Origin: Mobula hypostoma
Lineage: Eukaryota
Reading direction: 5' to 3'
NCBI RefSeq assembly: GCF_963921235.1
Contig: NC_086108.1
Location: forward strand, 20,708,001-20,772,000
DNA: 64,000 nucleotides
The position numbers were made by a program, and so were the translations under genes. Under the pieces are notes generated by a model. It was not told the DNA's origin. It ran no database searches and worked only from the letters and a program-made list of their open reading frames with translations. Shown here in pieces: positions 34,329-48,962 of the stretch (positions within the stretch are counted from its first letter, which is position 1; the number at the start of each line of letters is the position of its first letter).

Positions 34329-35214
34329 TAATCATTTTCCAGCTATCTCAAGTCACACACTGAGTGTTCGAGGATTCTAGAATTGTTGAATTAATTTTGT
34401 TATGAAAGAATTCAGTCAGCAATAACAGGCCAACTAGCTTTGCATCAGTGATAAATATCAAGGGACTATAAATTATTGTTTGGAAAAGCACAATTAATCA
34501 ATGACTTTCAGTACAAATTAATTCATGGAAGATCCCACTTCATTGAAATTTATTTTGGAAAAGAAGCAATAAAGGTCAATAAGGGTGATGTGTTTGATGT
34601 AATCGCCATAACCCTGGCAAGGTTTTTGACATGGTTTCGCACAACAGTTTGCTCATTTGATCCATTCCACAAGGATCAGTGCTAGACTCGTGTTTGTTGC
34701 AGTTCACAGTATCAGTGATTAAAACTTAAATATAGGAAACTGCATTGAAAAGTCTGAAAATGCTAAAAATGTCTAGTTGACGGGGGGGGGGGAGTTGTTT
34801 ATGCAGTGAAATATCAAATAAATCGTCAGATGAGGAGAAAAAAGGAAATCCAGCCTGAACCAGTATGAGATGATTATCCTCCAGGGTGTGGCCAGCAGTT
34901 CCAACAAAGCTACCAGTACTAAGTCACTCCCACAAAAGCCTCAGATGTAAGTGGAACACAAAGTCCAGAATTTAGCCAGTGACAGCTAACATGCATGGAT
35001 CACTAAGATTGTTCATGAACTCTTACAAGTAGGGTCCAGGAGAAAATACTAGTTTTACTAGAATTCTTTTGGATTAGGTTGGGGAATTCTTCTCTCAAAT
35101 CCTATATAGGTTCAGACCTCCAATAGGATGAAATATTCCATTCATTTCAATTAGATTTTCAATTATTAGTGATTGGTAAATATTTACTGTGCATTACATT
35201 TCCTACAATTGTCA

Positions 35215-35762
35215 TAGCCGGGGGAAGCAGTAGGGTTAAGCTCCCAACTACCTATTAAATGCTCCCATTGTCACGCATCTCAAATAGCCTATGACAATCA
35301 AAGGCCAGAAGCTGGACTTATGTGAGGCTTAGCCCACCAGAACCATTTCTACTGACAGGAGAAAGGGTAAAACCAGGTTACTGGTGCCTTCAAACAAATT
35401 GCTTTGGGCAAATGGGGCTTTTCAGCCATGGTTGGCAGCTCATATAAGAGAAGGAAAACGCTTGATTTCAGACCTCTGCTGCCTTTCGGCTATATCCAGT
35501 CATGGGGATGGAAAAATCCAGAGCAGAAGTCCTTAAGGCAGTCCTATATTGAATTTTATGCTGACTGGTAACTACTGCAACACCACTGGTGGCAAACTGC
35601 ATCAGACTCTGCAATTCCTGTGGATTCATCAGCTGTATGGAGAGGGGAACCTGCTGCATGGGCAACAGCTTGGTCTCCATATTGTACTGCCCTGGCTTGA
35701 GTAGTCTTGCATATCATGTAGACAGCTAGGACACTATTTCCATGGTTGACTCTGACCAAAGG
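35215..35762. repeat. Probable interspersed repeat, family uncertain
   Basis: GC-richer block with sharp edges in AT-rich DNA; resembles a LINE 5'-UTR-derived repeat, but there is no second copy in the window. Confidence 0.3.
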
Positions 35763-36159
35763 AGTGCCTCCACAATGTGCTTTAAAAATATTTTGTTTAG
35801 CACACTATTTATTTTCATTGTTTACATTAATTGTAAAAGCTTTTGTGTTAGAAACATTCAAACTCATTTAAATCATTTCACAACCTTGATAAATACCAAA
35901 ACTCTTTGTCTTTAATCAAAATCTGTCACTGCATTCTGGGGAAACGAACTCAACAGTGCAAAGAATATACAAAGCAATTGGCCTGAAGTGATTAGCAAAA
36001 CGGCCCTTGTTTCAAACATCATAGAACACAATGGGTAAAATTATCTCTTTCTGTAAAATTTAATAATTCCTATGAACATTAGAACTAAACTACTTTTAAT
36101 ATACAGTACCTATTTCTTGGGATAGAAGCACAGAAACATAGAAAACCTACAGCACAATA

Positions 36160-37131
36160 CACGTAATTGTTGGCGGCACCTAATTAATTAGATGGTTTAT
36201 TTTGGCTTTTTTCTTAAAGATGTGCTGTGTGCCTCCCGGCTACTGTTGCATTCTCCGTGAATCGGTACAGTATCTGTCCGGGGCCTGGGGATTGGGGCGG
36301 TGGGACACGGGGGTGTCATCTCGTCATCGATCAGGGCAGGCAGCTCATCTTCTCCTATGACTGCCCGCCTCGATGTTGAAGGTCGAGGTTCATCATCTGC
36401 TGTGGCTGATGTGGAAGCCTTGCTTGACTGCTGAGCGTCGCGCTCTTTTCTATCATACAGTTGTTTGTAAGGCCTCAAACCATCCTGCAAATATCCCCTA
36501 AACCTACGTACCCTTTCAAAATTAAAGTCGTACTTTATCATTGCAGCGAAAATCTCACACAGTTGCTTCACATTCATTTCGCTACTGCATTCGGTTTCGA
36601 TTGTTATCCTTTCCTCTTCCAATTGCATCAGCTCTTCATCTATCAGTTCTTGGTCATGGGATGCCAAAACCTCTTCAACATCATCTTTGTCAGCTTCCAC
36701 AAGCCAAATTCACTTTGTCCTTGCTTCGTTCACCACGATCGAAATGCTTAATTATGTCTAGTTTTACGCTAAGCGTAACACCCTTATGAGCTCTCTTAGG
36801 CTTTTCTGATACCTTAGGACACATCTTGTTAACGGATGCACAAAATAAATAGAGATAAAGCACAGATGCTCACAGACACAGTTCAAAGCTATGGCGGCTT
36901 GATGCTGAGATGCTGAGTGTCGTTCTCGGGGTAGGAGCTTGGCAGCACACTACCTCTATAAATGGCCTGCTGCAAAACAAACGCTGAATGCTATTTTCGC
37001 TTTTTGCCTTTTTTCGTAAAAGCGAAAATCCTCTTCGGATTTCTTTCAGTTAGCGAAAATAGGTACTAATGTAGGCCTTTCGTAAAAGCGAAGTGGCGTA
37101 AAGCGATCTTTTGAAAAGCGGGGGATACCTG
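36160..37131 (-). mobile_element. Second Tigger/pogo derivative, truncated
   Basis: One TIR gcgggggatacctg+TA at 37118-37133; ORF 36197-36700 homologous to 33075-33556. Confidence 0.85.
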
Positions 37132-37133
37132 TA

Positions 37134-38768
37134 CACCATCAGGATAGATCTATAGTCTCTCAAAAGCAGAGGTGGAGGAGTGTGCCTTATGATCAACTCT
37201 TTTTGGTGCACAAATATATTAGTGCTGTCCCAATTCTGCTCACCAGATCTGGAATTTCTAGCAGTTAAATGCCGTCCTTTTTACCTACTGCGGGAGATTT
37301 CCGGGATCATTTTGGTAGCGGTATACATTCCACCTCAGGCCAATGTCAGTCAGGCTTTAGATGAGCTGAGCAATGCGATCAATATACAAGAAACAGTGCA
37401 CCCTAATGCCCTCACTATCGTTTTGGGGGATTTTAACCAGGCCAGTCTGGAAAAAATCACTAAGCAACTACCTTCAACAGATAACTTGCAACACCAGAGG
37501 AAACAACGCACTGGACCACTGTTACACCACCATCGAGAATGCCTGCCGTGCTATTCCACATCCTCACTTCAGGAAGTCTAATCACCAGGCTGTACTTCTA
37601 CTCCCTGAGTATATGCAGAGACTGAAGACTGCAGCACCATTAGTGAGGACCAAGAAGTTATGGACAAAGGAAGCACAGGAACGCCTACGGGACTGCTTTG
37701 AATCAGTGGACTGGACTATAGTCAGGGATTCATCTTCGAATCTGGATGAGTATGCTGCAGTTGTTACCAACTTCATTAAAACCTGTGTAAATGAGTGTGT
37801 GCCTACAAAGACTTACTGCACATTCCCGAACCAAAAGCTGTAGATGAACCAGGAGGTACGTCATCTATTGAAGGCTGGATCTGTGAAGTCTAGCGACCCA
37901 GGTCGGTACCAGAAAACCAGGTACGATTTGCAGAGGGCTATTTCAAGGGTGAAGAGACAATTTCGAACGAGGTTGGAGGCGACATCGGATGTATGACAAC
38001 TCTGTCAGGGTTTGCAAGACATTACTTCCTACAAAGCGAAACCCAATAACGTGAATATCAGCGAAGCTTCACTACCAGATGAACTCAACGCCTTCTATTC
38101 CCACTTTGAAAGAGAGACTATATAACTACAGCTCTGAAGATCCCTGCTGCACCTGATATCCCTATGATCTCTGTCTCAGAGGCCGATGTTAGGCTGTCTT
38201 CAAAGAGCTGAATCCTCGCAAGGCAGAAGGTCCCAGTGGAGTCCCTGATGAGGCTCTGTGCCAACCAACTGGCAGAAGTATTCAAGGATATTTTCAATTT
38301 CTCACTGCTACAGGTGGAAGTTCCCACTTGCTTCAAAAAGGCAACAATTATACCAGTACCTAAGAAGAATAATGTGAGCTGCCTTAATGACTATCGCTCG
38401 GTAGCACTTACATCTACAGTGATGGAATGCTTTGAGAGGTTGGTCATGACTAGACTAAACTCCTGCCTCAGCAAGGACCTGGACCCATTGTAATTTGCCT
38501 ATTGCCACAACAGGTCAACGGCAGATGCAGTCTCAATGGCTCTTCATATGGCCTTAGACCACCTGGACAATACAAACACTTATGCCAGGATGCTGTTCAT
38601 TGACTATAGCTCAGCATTTAATACCATCATTCCCACAATCCTGATTAAGAAGTTACACTGTACCTCCCTCTGTAATTTCTTCTGTATTATGTATTGCACT
38701 GCACTGCTGCTGCTAAGTTGACAAGTTTCATGGCACATGCTGGTGACAATATACCTGATTCTGATTCT
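37134..38768 (+). mobile_element. Rex1/Babar LINE, decayed and internally deleted
   Basis: [37 protein letters not shown]; tail cctgattctgattct. Confidence 0.88.
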
Positions 38769-39397
38769 AGACAGTGATGCATCGGACATCATTGATTTGG
38801 GAAGTCCTGTTAGAGCAGTTAAGGTGAGCAACTGCAGTCCAGTTTGGAGATGGCCTACACTGCAGCCTGTGGGTGTGATACAAGGATTGATTAATTAGGG
38901 TGCTGATTGACCATCATTATGCCTTCGATGTTGTCAAGGTTCTTGAGAGTTAGTGGAGCTGCACTCTTCCAACCAAGTGGAGAGCATATTTCATCACTTG
39001 TAAGTGGTGAAAAGGTAAATGGGAGTCAGGAACAAAACATTCACTGCAGCAATTCATCAACCTGCATGGGTTTTTATCAATAGAAAAACCAAAAAATTAC
39101 ATTTAGGTCACAACAAAGAGATCACAAGCATTCATTATGAAAAGACGCCAATAGAAATCTCAATGTTCACTTCAATTACATTCTTAAAAGTGGTGACCCA
39201 TGATAATAAAGAATGAAGAACTGCTAAGAACGTTCAATCCTGAGCAGAGTAACTTTTTCCATGGCAACTAATATATTCCAACATAATAATTCCTCAAGAG
39301 TGAAAAATATCTGCATTACTTATTAAAGTAGAAAAAAGGCAAATTTCAGAAAGGCCATCATTTTCATAATTTTGCAGTGAAGACAAGTGAAGAGCCA

Positions 39398-39560
39398 AGC
39401 CACTTTATTAGGCACCTCCTATACACAATAAGCAAGCTACTGAGTGTATGTTCATGGTCTTTGGCTGCTGTAGCCCATTTAATTCAAGTTTTGTGTGCAG
39501 AGATGCTCTTCTGCACGCCACTGACAGAACATGTGGTTATTTGAGTTACTGTCACCTTCA
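39398..39560. mobile_element. Probable Tc1-like non-autonomous fragment
   Basis: gccactttattaggcacc resembles a Tc1-type terminal repeat; no partner TIR seen. Confidence 0.35.
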
Positions 39561-42526
39561 ACATCCCTCTCATTGGATAGTCCCACATTCCAAAGCCCTG
39601 TTATCTCTAGTCATAACCCAAACATTGCTGCTACAGAGAAACCATTACAGATTGACAGCATATGTTGTAAAACAAATGTGAGGAATCCAGGATTTGTATT
39701 GGACACCAATTTTACAGCCAAAGTAGAGCTTATAGGCTTTCCTTTATAAGAGGAGTCACAATCTGTCTTAGAGATTTAAGCGTCTACTCATCACAAATAT
39801 AACAGAAAGTATCGCGGCATTTTCCTATCACAAACACTCCTGAAAACACAATTACATTATTATGAGTACACACAATATTTTATGTGTAGAGCATGTGTAT
39901 ATATGTGATCATAAACATGTAAACATACTGCATAGAATGGTGTGAGTGTGATGCTTTTTATAGCCTTTCTAAAACCTGTCTTGCCATGCAGCATCTGCCT
40001 TTCCTAAGTATGCCTGGACAAGATAGAAAACTTTTCAGATTACATTGCGTGCATCATTTTAATTTACTTGAATAATGAATTAAAATAACAAATGTAAGCA
40101 ATTTTTAAAAAATGTTGCATAATAGGGATATTTCATGGTGATTTTCCTGGTCAGCAGCCCAAAATCCATAAGATACAATGTTACAGTGTTAATTTTTTTC
40201 TTTGTTTTACACAGTGAGGAATCTCTGTGTTCCACAGATTGCAACAATTGATTTACTGTTTAGTTCCTGACATGGGATTTAATCTATGTTGGGTGCTCTG
40301 ATTGGTAAAATCATGTGAGAAGTACAGTGCCCTATGGGGACAACTTATTTCATTGTGAAATAAGGTGAGTCCCTTAGACTAAAGGGCCAACAGCAACACA
40401 AATTTTGTATAAGGACCAGTAATAGCAGTGAATAATTACATTGTGAGGTAAGATTTACTCCTATCTCCAAGTCTGCAGACTGAAATATACTCACGCTTTA
40501 CATAACGAGTATTGTGGTTTTGCTTCTGTGGAGAGGTTTGATCTATTTGTTCTATTGCTTTTACATCCAAGTTGTGCACATGGACAATTCATGACTGTAC
40601 ATCACAATTTCATAATATCTGGGCATGGTGGCCACAGAAGAAAGGAGATAATACTCTAGTCCCATCAACTGCACTCTAATCAGAGGCGCATTTCCCAGTC
40701 AGCATCGACCCAGTTTTTAGAGACCAAATTTCACACTAATGTGTATATTGTAATCTATAGTTTGGGAAAATCAAACTGGCTCCGAGTAACAAGGGCATGT
40801 TCACGTGATTACAGTAATCCATACTAGTGCAAACACTGGTTTCTTTGCTTTACAAATTTGGATGAAGATAGCAGATTCTCACGTCAGTTTAAATTAAGTT
40901 GATACATATCCATCCTGAAATGTGTGAAAATATACTTGGTTGTAAAATTCAACACCAAAAGTGCAAAATAACACCAAATACCTTCCATGAGAAAATCAAC
41001 TGTTGTCTAAAAAACTAACCATTTCTTTTACATGTTACTATATGGTACAATCATGCTTGCATTCCTGAATCATGGAGTAGCGGCATCATTGTTGTACTCC
41101 AGTTTCTATATTTGAAGGTGAATGATCTCAATAAGAACTAAAGATCTATGTTACTGAAAAACTTAACTTCTACTTCAAATAAAAACTAATAGCTACTGAC
41201 TAAATGCATGCATCAGAATGCAGAAACTTTTTAAAAAGTTGATTTAAGCATTCACTATTTAAGATGGCACATGGCGTGAATATATTTTTTAAATTATCAT
41301 TAATCTGTTTCAAACTTTCTCCCTTCATTTTTCTCCCAGCACTGAAAGGCGATGAAGCTCCCACACCAGCAAATGCTGCCAGGACATTCTAGGGTTAGGA
41401 TGTCAGCAGTACATCTTCAGATGCCTTGACATGCCTCACCAAATGCTTTCAAGTGATAGGGCATCAGCCCATCGCACCAAGACAGTGAGGTTGGCAAGAG
41501 CTGCAATAGGCAAGCTCAATCCTGTTTGCTGCAGTCCATTGTTATTGGTGGCTGAAAGCAAGATCAAATAATGTTTAAATAAGCATCTTAAGGAAAGATA
41601 AAGGGAGAAAGATAACTAGGGCTTTGGGTCCAGGCAGTTGAAGGCACTGCTGCCAAAGAGGGGGAAAGATAGACCAGAAACCAGAAAGATAGGTGTAACT
41701 GATGAAAGGCAATAAAGTCAAGAAGGAAACTGTAAACAGGAATGATCATTTTAAAATCTAGGTCTTGGTGGACTGCAATCCAGTGTAAGTCAATGAACAA
41801 CGGATAAGTGATACAAAACACAAGTATGAGAAGAGGCACACCATTTTGTAGAAGTTAAATTCCTGGCGGTTCAAAGATTTGAAATTCAGCAAACTTTTGG
41901 AGAACACCAAATTTAGTCATGCCTTGAATTAACAAATGTAAGAAATAGGAACAGTAGAAAGTCAAATGGGTTTTTGTGTTTGCTGTGCTTTTCCATGAAA
42001 TTTATGGTTGTTCTTCCAGCTTAGTGCCATTTTCCACTACTACTCCATATCTCTCAATTCCCATATCTAGAATTATCAATCGCCACTTTGAATGAACATA
42101 ATGATTGAGCTTCTACAGCTGTCCAAGATAGAGAATTCCAAACATCCACAACCCCAAATGAAGAATTGTATCCTTTTTTTTAAACAGCCAATCATTTATT
42201 CTTAAATTGTGCCCATTGGACACAAGACTCTTTGGTCAAGAAAGTAAACTCCCAGCATATAGGCTGCCAAGACCTTTAAGATTTTAATCATTCCTTCCAC
42301 CACTCATTCATTTAAAACTCTAAAGAATACAGTCCCAGTGTACTCTGTCTTTACGCACAGGGCAATAATGCCATCTAGTAAATCCTTGGCTGCATTCTCT
42401 AAATGAGAAGAGAACAAATCCCTATAAAACTATATTATAGCATTTAGCTCAAAGCAATTATACTAAAGAACTCATAGTGCACGATAAACTAAAATCTACC
42501 AAATCTTAATCTACATTCAGAACAAT

Positions 42527-43392
42527 ATAGAAACATAGAAACATAGAAAATAGGTGCAGGAGTAGGCCATTTGGCCCTTCGAGCCTGCACCGCCATTTAT
42601 TATGATCATGGCTGATCATCCAACTCAGAACCCAGCCTTCCCTCCATACCCCCTGACCCCTGTAGCCACAAGGGCCATATCTAACTTCCTTTTAAACATA
42701 GCTAATGAACTGGCCTCAACAGTTTGCTGTGGCAGAGAATTCCACAGATTCACCACTCTCTGTGTGAAGAAGTTTTTCCTAACCTCGGTCCTAAAAGGCT
42801 TCCCCTCTATCCTCAAACTGTGACCCCTCGTTCTAGACCTCCCCAACATCGGGAACAATCTTCCCGCATCTAGCCTGTCCAATCCCTTTAGGATCTTATA
42901 CGTTTCAATCAGATCCCCCCTCAATCTTCTAAATTCCAACGAGTACAAGCCCAGTTCATCCAGTCTTTCTTCATATGAAAGACCTGCCATCCCAGGAATC
43001 AATCTGGTGAACCTTCTTTGTACTCCCTCTATGGCAAAGATGTCTTTCCTCAGATTAGGGGACCAAAACTGCACACAATACTCCAGGTGTGGTCTCACCA
43101 AGGCCTTGTACAACTGCAGTAGTACCTCCCTGCTCCTGTACTCGAATCCTCTCGCTATAAATGCCAGCATACCGTTCGCCTTTTTCACCGCCTGCTGTAC
43201 CTGCATGCCCACTTTCAATGACTGGTGTATAATGACACCCAGGTCTCGTTGCACCTCCCCTTTTCCTAATCGGCCACCATTCAGATAATAATCTGTTTTC
43301 CTATTTTTGCCACCAAAGTGGATAACTTCACATTTATCCACATTAAATTGCATCTGCCATGAGTTTGCCCACTCACCCAACCTATCCAAGTC
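42527..43392 (-). mobile_element. Young 5'-truncated CR1 LINE
   Basis: Open 257 aa ORF2 C-terminus; (TTCTATGT)n tail; near-identical to 54460-55327. Confidence 0.93.
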
Positions 43393-43649
43393 TTGCATTG
43401 CAAGTACCTTTCTGCTGTATTAAGGGATGAGAACAAATGCAAATTACCAATGTACCATTATGATTCTAATTTTCTCTTTCTTATACCACCATACATCTGT
43501 TTCTTTCTCAGTCCTCACTTGTTGAAGAGGCTGCCTGTTAAACTCACTATTCCCTTTGGTCCCAAATTCCCTTAAAACTTACCAGTTCACTGTTGCAGAA
43601 AGTTACAAAGTACAAACTATTGCCGTGGTCTAACTAATAGCATATAGAA

Positions 43650-45384
43650 CAGGGGTCCCCATCTTTTTTTGCACTGCAGACCGGTTTAATATTGACAATA
43701 TTCTTGCGGACTGGCCGACCTGGTGGGGGGTAGGGTTGCCAACGCACAAGAGTAGCAGTCAAATACGTTGTGTTCACCCAGAGAAAGACTACAATTACCG
43801 TGAAGCCTTGCACAGGCACCAGTGCGCATGTGTGTACCTGCCGTTTTTCTTTTTTTTTTTCTTCCCCCCTCTCTGCAAATCGGTTTTGTCCATTCTGTTC
43901 GGGGGGTGGGGGGGGGTGTTAATTACGACCGAAATATAGGTGGTAGGTGGCTAACACACTCAATGTCATTTCTAAAAGAGTTTATCTAACGAATTTAATA
44001 TTAAATATTTAATATTAGACTGAGGTCCTTTAACATCTGCCGACCGATGCTGAGGATGTTCTACGAGTCTGTGGTGGCCAGTACTATCATGTTTGCTGTT
44101 GTGTGCTGGGGCAGCAGGCTGAGGGTGGCAGACACCAACAGAATCAACAAACTCATTCGTAAGGCCAGTGATGTTGTGGGGATGGAACTGGACTTTCTGA
44201 CGGTGGTGTCTGAAAAGAGGATGCTGTTTAAGTTGCATGCCATCTTGGTCAATGTCTCCCATCCACTACATAATGTACTGGATGGGCACAGAAGTACATT
44301 CAGCCAGAGACTCATTCCACCGAGATGCAGCACTGAGCATAATAGGAAGTCATTCCTGCCTGCGGCCATCAAACTTTACAACTCCTCCCTTGGAGAGTCA
44401 GACATCCTGAGCCAATAGGTTGGTTCCGGACTTATTTCATAATTTACTGGCATAATTTAGATATTACTATTTATGGTACTATTACTATTTATTATTTATG
44501 GAGCAACTGTAACAAAAACCAGTTCCCCCCGGGATTAATAAAGTATGACTATGACTAAACACACAGCGCACATTTTCCTCGCATGAATATAGTGATAAGT
44601 CAATTATTGGGGAGGACGGGGAGCTTGAAGTAAGTGTTGAACGAACTTCCAGTGGAAGTGGCAGAACCAGGTTTGATATTATCATTTAAAGAAAAATTGG
44701 ATAGATATATGGACAGGAAAGGAATGGAGGCTTATGGGCTGCGTGCAGGTCGCTGGGACTAGGTGAGAGTAGTGTTCGGCACGGACTAGAAGGGCCAAGA
44801 TGGCCTGCTTCCGTGCTGTAATTGTTATATGGTTATATAAGTAAGTCAATAGCATCATAATATTAAGTAACGTCTTGATATTAAATGCACAGCACATATT
44901 TTCCCCGTATGAACATATAAAATCATTGCAACACATCAATATCGCTGAATCAATGGGAGCCTTGGGCTTGTTTCCCTGCAAAAAGACGGTCCTATCGAGG
45001 GGTGATGGGAGACAGCGATACTCGAAGGGGTTCCTTATGTCCAGTCTATTCTGCAATTTAGTTTTCGTTGCATTCATTGCAGAGATATGTTGGAAATGGA
45101 AGCAACGTTTTCAGTGTTTTCATGGCCATCTTGATCCGGAATGCCGTCAGAGATGTTATGTCAAACATACTTTTCAGCCCGCCATCATTTGCAAGCTCGA
45201 GGAATTGATCTCTTTCCCGCGCTGACATGGACGATGCGCGGGTAATGACCTCGCGTGTGTTCAAGCTCAACAGTGGGCATGACAGGGAATGAGGAAAGGT
45301 GCGGCTGACTCATATCGCCAAATCATATCGTTTCCTCACGGCCTGGTAGCGCATGCTCTGCGGTCTGGTGGTTGGGGACCGCTG
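43650..45384. mobile_element. Non-autonomous hAT (Charlie-like) element with nested LINE pieces
   Basis: TIRs caggggtccccatc / gttggggaccgctg; perfect 8 bp TSD atatagaa 43642-43649 / 45385-45392. Confidence 0.88.
44018..44556 (+). mobile_element. Rex1/Babar LINE 3' fragment nested in the hAT
   Basis: ORF 44047-44418 matches 60086-60388; (GACTAT)n tail. Confidence 0.85.
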
Positions 45385-45534
45385 ATATAGAACATTGAAA
45401 TTTACGGAACATTACAGGCCCTTTGGCCCACAATTTTGTGCCAACCTACTCTAGAGGCTGCCTAGAATTTCCCTAGCTCATAGGCCTCTATTTTTCTAAG
45501 TTCTATGTACCTATTTAAGAGGCTCTTAAAATCT

Positions 45535-48285
45535 AAGATAGCGCCGTGTACAATGGCCGTGTTGCAAGCTCCATTCCAAATCTACAGTATACTACTAATT
45601 TCTACAATTTTCTTGGCATTTTCTATTCAAGTAGTTGTGCAAACTGAGAGCCAGAATCTCCTACTAGTGGTAAAACAAAGGAATGTAACAGTTTGTGGAG
45701 ACCTGGCTGACGGAGAAGATACCAGACCACGCTATTGAGCCCTGTTCCGGGCGGACAGGTCAAAAAAACCTCTCTGGGAACAGTAAAGGAGGAGGGGTAT
45801 GCTTCATGGTCAACAATGCTTGATGCGACCCCCAGAATGTGCATGCCCTCAAATCCTTTTGATCCCCAGATCTGGAATACCTGGTGCTGCTGTGCAGACC
45901 CTACTGGCTGTCCAGGGAGTTTATGGCTGTTATCATCACAGTGGTGTACATTCTGCCGCAGGCTGACACTGACTTGGCTATCAAGAAACTATACAAGACA
46001 ATCAATACGCTGGAGACTGCACACACACAAGCTGCCTTCATCGTCGCTGGTGACTTTAATCAAGCATCACTGACAAAAGTCTCTCTGAAGTTTTGTCAGC
46101 ACATCCAGGTGAGCACTCATGGAGGTAACACACTTGACCACTGTTACACTCCCTTCCACAACGCTTACAAAGATCTCCTTCGCCTAGCTTTTGGAAAATC
46201 CGATCACTCTTTGATCATGCTTTTGCTGAAGTACAGACAGAAGCTGAAATAAGAGACGGCCACAGTTAAAACTGCCCTCTGTTTCTCCAACCAATTGCCC
46301 TTCATGCTGCAGGACTGCTTCGATGACATTGACTGGAATGTCTTCCATGATGAGGATGTCTCTGAGATGGAGTCATGTGCTTTCAGAAGTTGGTTAAGGT
46401 CTTCCCGAACCAGAAACCCTGGATCAAAAGTTCCGTGCAAGCAGCGTGATATAGAGTTTACATTGCCGGTGATCAGCAGGAGCTCAAGAAAAGCAGCTAC
46501 AATGTGCGCAAAGCTATCAAGGCTGCAAAACAACAATACAGGGACAAGATTGAATCAAGATTCACAACAAATAGCACACGTGACTGGTGGCAAGGATTAC
46601 ATACCATCACAGACTTCAAAGCCAAATGTAGTGGTGCCGTCAACATCATGGCCTCTCTCCCAGACGAGCTCAATCACTTTTACGCTTGGTTCAGAATCAG
46701 GTTTATTATCAGCGGCATGTGACATGAAATTTGTTCGATGCCGCCAACTCTGAGCCTCCGAGGAAAGTCACTGCTATAATCTGCAACCTGGTCATCTCTG
46801 AGGCTGAGGTAGGCAGATGTTTCCAATGAGGGGACAGTCACAATGCTGAGAGACTGTACGGCATCCTAGGGTGAGTACACATGATGAGCGCAGCACAACT
46901 GGCAGATGTGTTCAGTGACATCTTTAATCTCCCCTCTCCCAGTGTAGAGTGCCTTCCTGCTTCAAATGATCCACCATTGTCCCTGTACCAAAAAAGACCA
47001 AGGTAACGTCCCTGAACAACTGGCATCTTATCACACTCACTTCATATAATAAGCAAATGCTTTGAGAAGCTGGTCAAGGATTACATCTGCAGCATTCTAC
47101 CACCCGAACTGGACCCCCTACAATTCACCTACTGACACAACCGATTGACAGACAATGGAAGAGCCACTGCTCTGCATACTGTCCTTACACACCTGGAGAA
47201 GAAGGATGCTTATGTGAGAATGCTGTTCATGGACTACAGTTCAGCATTCAACACTATAATTCCATCCAGGCTCGACAGGAAGCTCAGAGACCTCAGCCTT
47301 GACCCTGCTTTGTACAGCTGGATCCTGGATTTCCTGTCAAATTACCAGCAGGTGGTACGAGCGGGCTCCCTCAATCTCCATCCCTCTAACTCTCAACACA
47401 GTAGCCCCTCAGGGCTGTGTACTAAGTCCCCTCCTTTACTCCCTGTATGCCCATGACTGTGTTGCCACCCACAGACACTACATTTGCTGACAACACTACA
47501 TTGATTGGTCTTATCTCAAACAATAACGAGGTAGCCTACAAGGAAGAAGTCATTTCTTTGACACAGTGGTGTCAAGAAAACAACTTGTCCCTCAATGTTG
47601 CAAAAGCAAAGGAACTGGTTGTGGATTACAGGAGGAATGGAGACGGGCTAACCGCTATTGACATCAATGGATCCAGAGTTGAGAGGGTAAACAGCTATAA
47701 GTTCCTCAGCATCCACATCACCAAGGACCTCACATGGTCTGTACAAGCCAGCTGTGGTGAAAATGGCACAACAGTCCCCCTTTCACCTCAGACGGTTGAG
47801 GAAGTTTGGTATGGGCCTCCAAATCCTAAGAACTTTCTAAAGGGGCACAATTGAGAGCATCCTGACTGGCTGCATAAATTCCTGGTATGGGAACTGCACC
47901 TCCCTTAATCGCAGGATTCTGCAGAGAGTGATGCGGACAGCCCAGTACATGTGTAGTTGTGAATTTCCCATGATTCAGGACATTTACAAAGACAGGTGTG
48001 AGGAGAAGGGCCTTGAGGATCATTGGGGACCGAGTCACCCCAACCACCATCCATTCCATCAGGAAACGGTACCACAGAATAAAACCAACAGGCTCCGGAA
48101 CAGCTTCTTCCACCAGGCCATCAGGCTGATCAACTCACACTGATTTGAATGTATTTCTATGTTACATTGACTGTTCTATTTATTATAAATTACAATGATT
48201 GCACATTTAGACAGAGACATGACATAAAGATTTTTACTCTTCATGTATGTGAAGGATGTAAGAAATAAAGGCAGTTCAATTCAAT
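45535..48285 (+). mobile_element. Rex1/Babar LINE, near full span but decayed
   Basis: [50 protein letters not shown]; (TTCAA)n tail. Confidence 0.88.
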
Positions 48286-48289
48286 CTAA

Positions 48290-48795
48290 CCCTATCGTAT
48301 CTACTTCCACCCACTGCCGCTGGCTGTACATTCCACGCACCCACCACTCTCTGTGTGGAAAAACTTACCTCTGACATCCCCTTGGTACCTACTTCCAAGC
48401 ACCTTAAAACTATACCCCCTGTGTTAGTAATTTCAGCCCTGGGAAAAAGCTTCTAGTTATCCACACAATCAATGCCCCTCATTATCTTATACACCTCTAT
48501 CAGGTCACCTCTCATCCTATGTTGCTCCAAGGAGAAAAGGCCAAATACACTCAACCTGTTCTCATTAGGTGCGCCCTCCAAACCAGGCAACATCCTTTGT
48601 AAATCTCTGCACTCTCTCTATAGTATCCACATCCTTCCTGTAGCGAGGCGACCAGAACTGGACACAGCACTCCAAGTGGAGTCTGACCAAGGTCTTATAT
48701 AGCTGTAACATTACTTCCGGCTCTTGAACTCAACGCATGGTTGATGAATGGCAAGACACCACATGCCTTCTTAACAACACTGTCAACCTGTACGC
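48290..48795 (-). mobile_element. CR1 3' fragment
   Basis: Homologous to 50940-51408. Confidence 0.75.
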
Positions 48796-48962
48796 AGCTG
48801 ATGATACGTTAGAAGAATCTTTTGCATCACAGAGAAATTCAACATGGAAACAATTCTTCTGCCAACAGAGCTTGTATCAACCATCAAAAACCCATCTAAC
48901 ATTAACTCCAGCATAATTCCCATCAACATGTCCTCTCCTACTGCCCACCCCATTCTACCATT

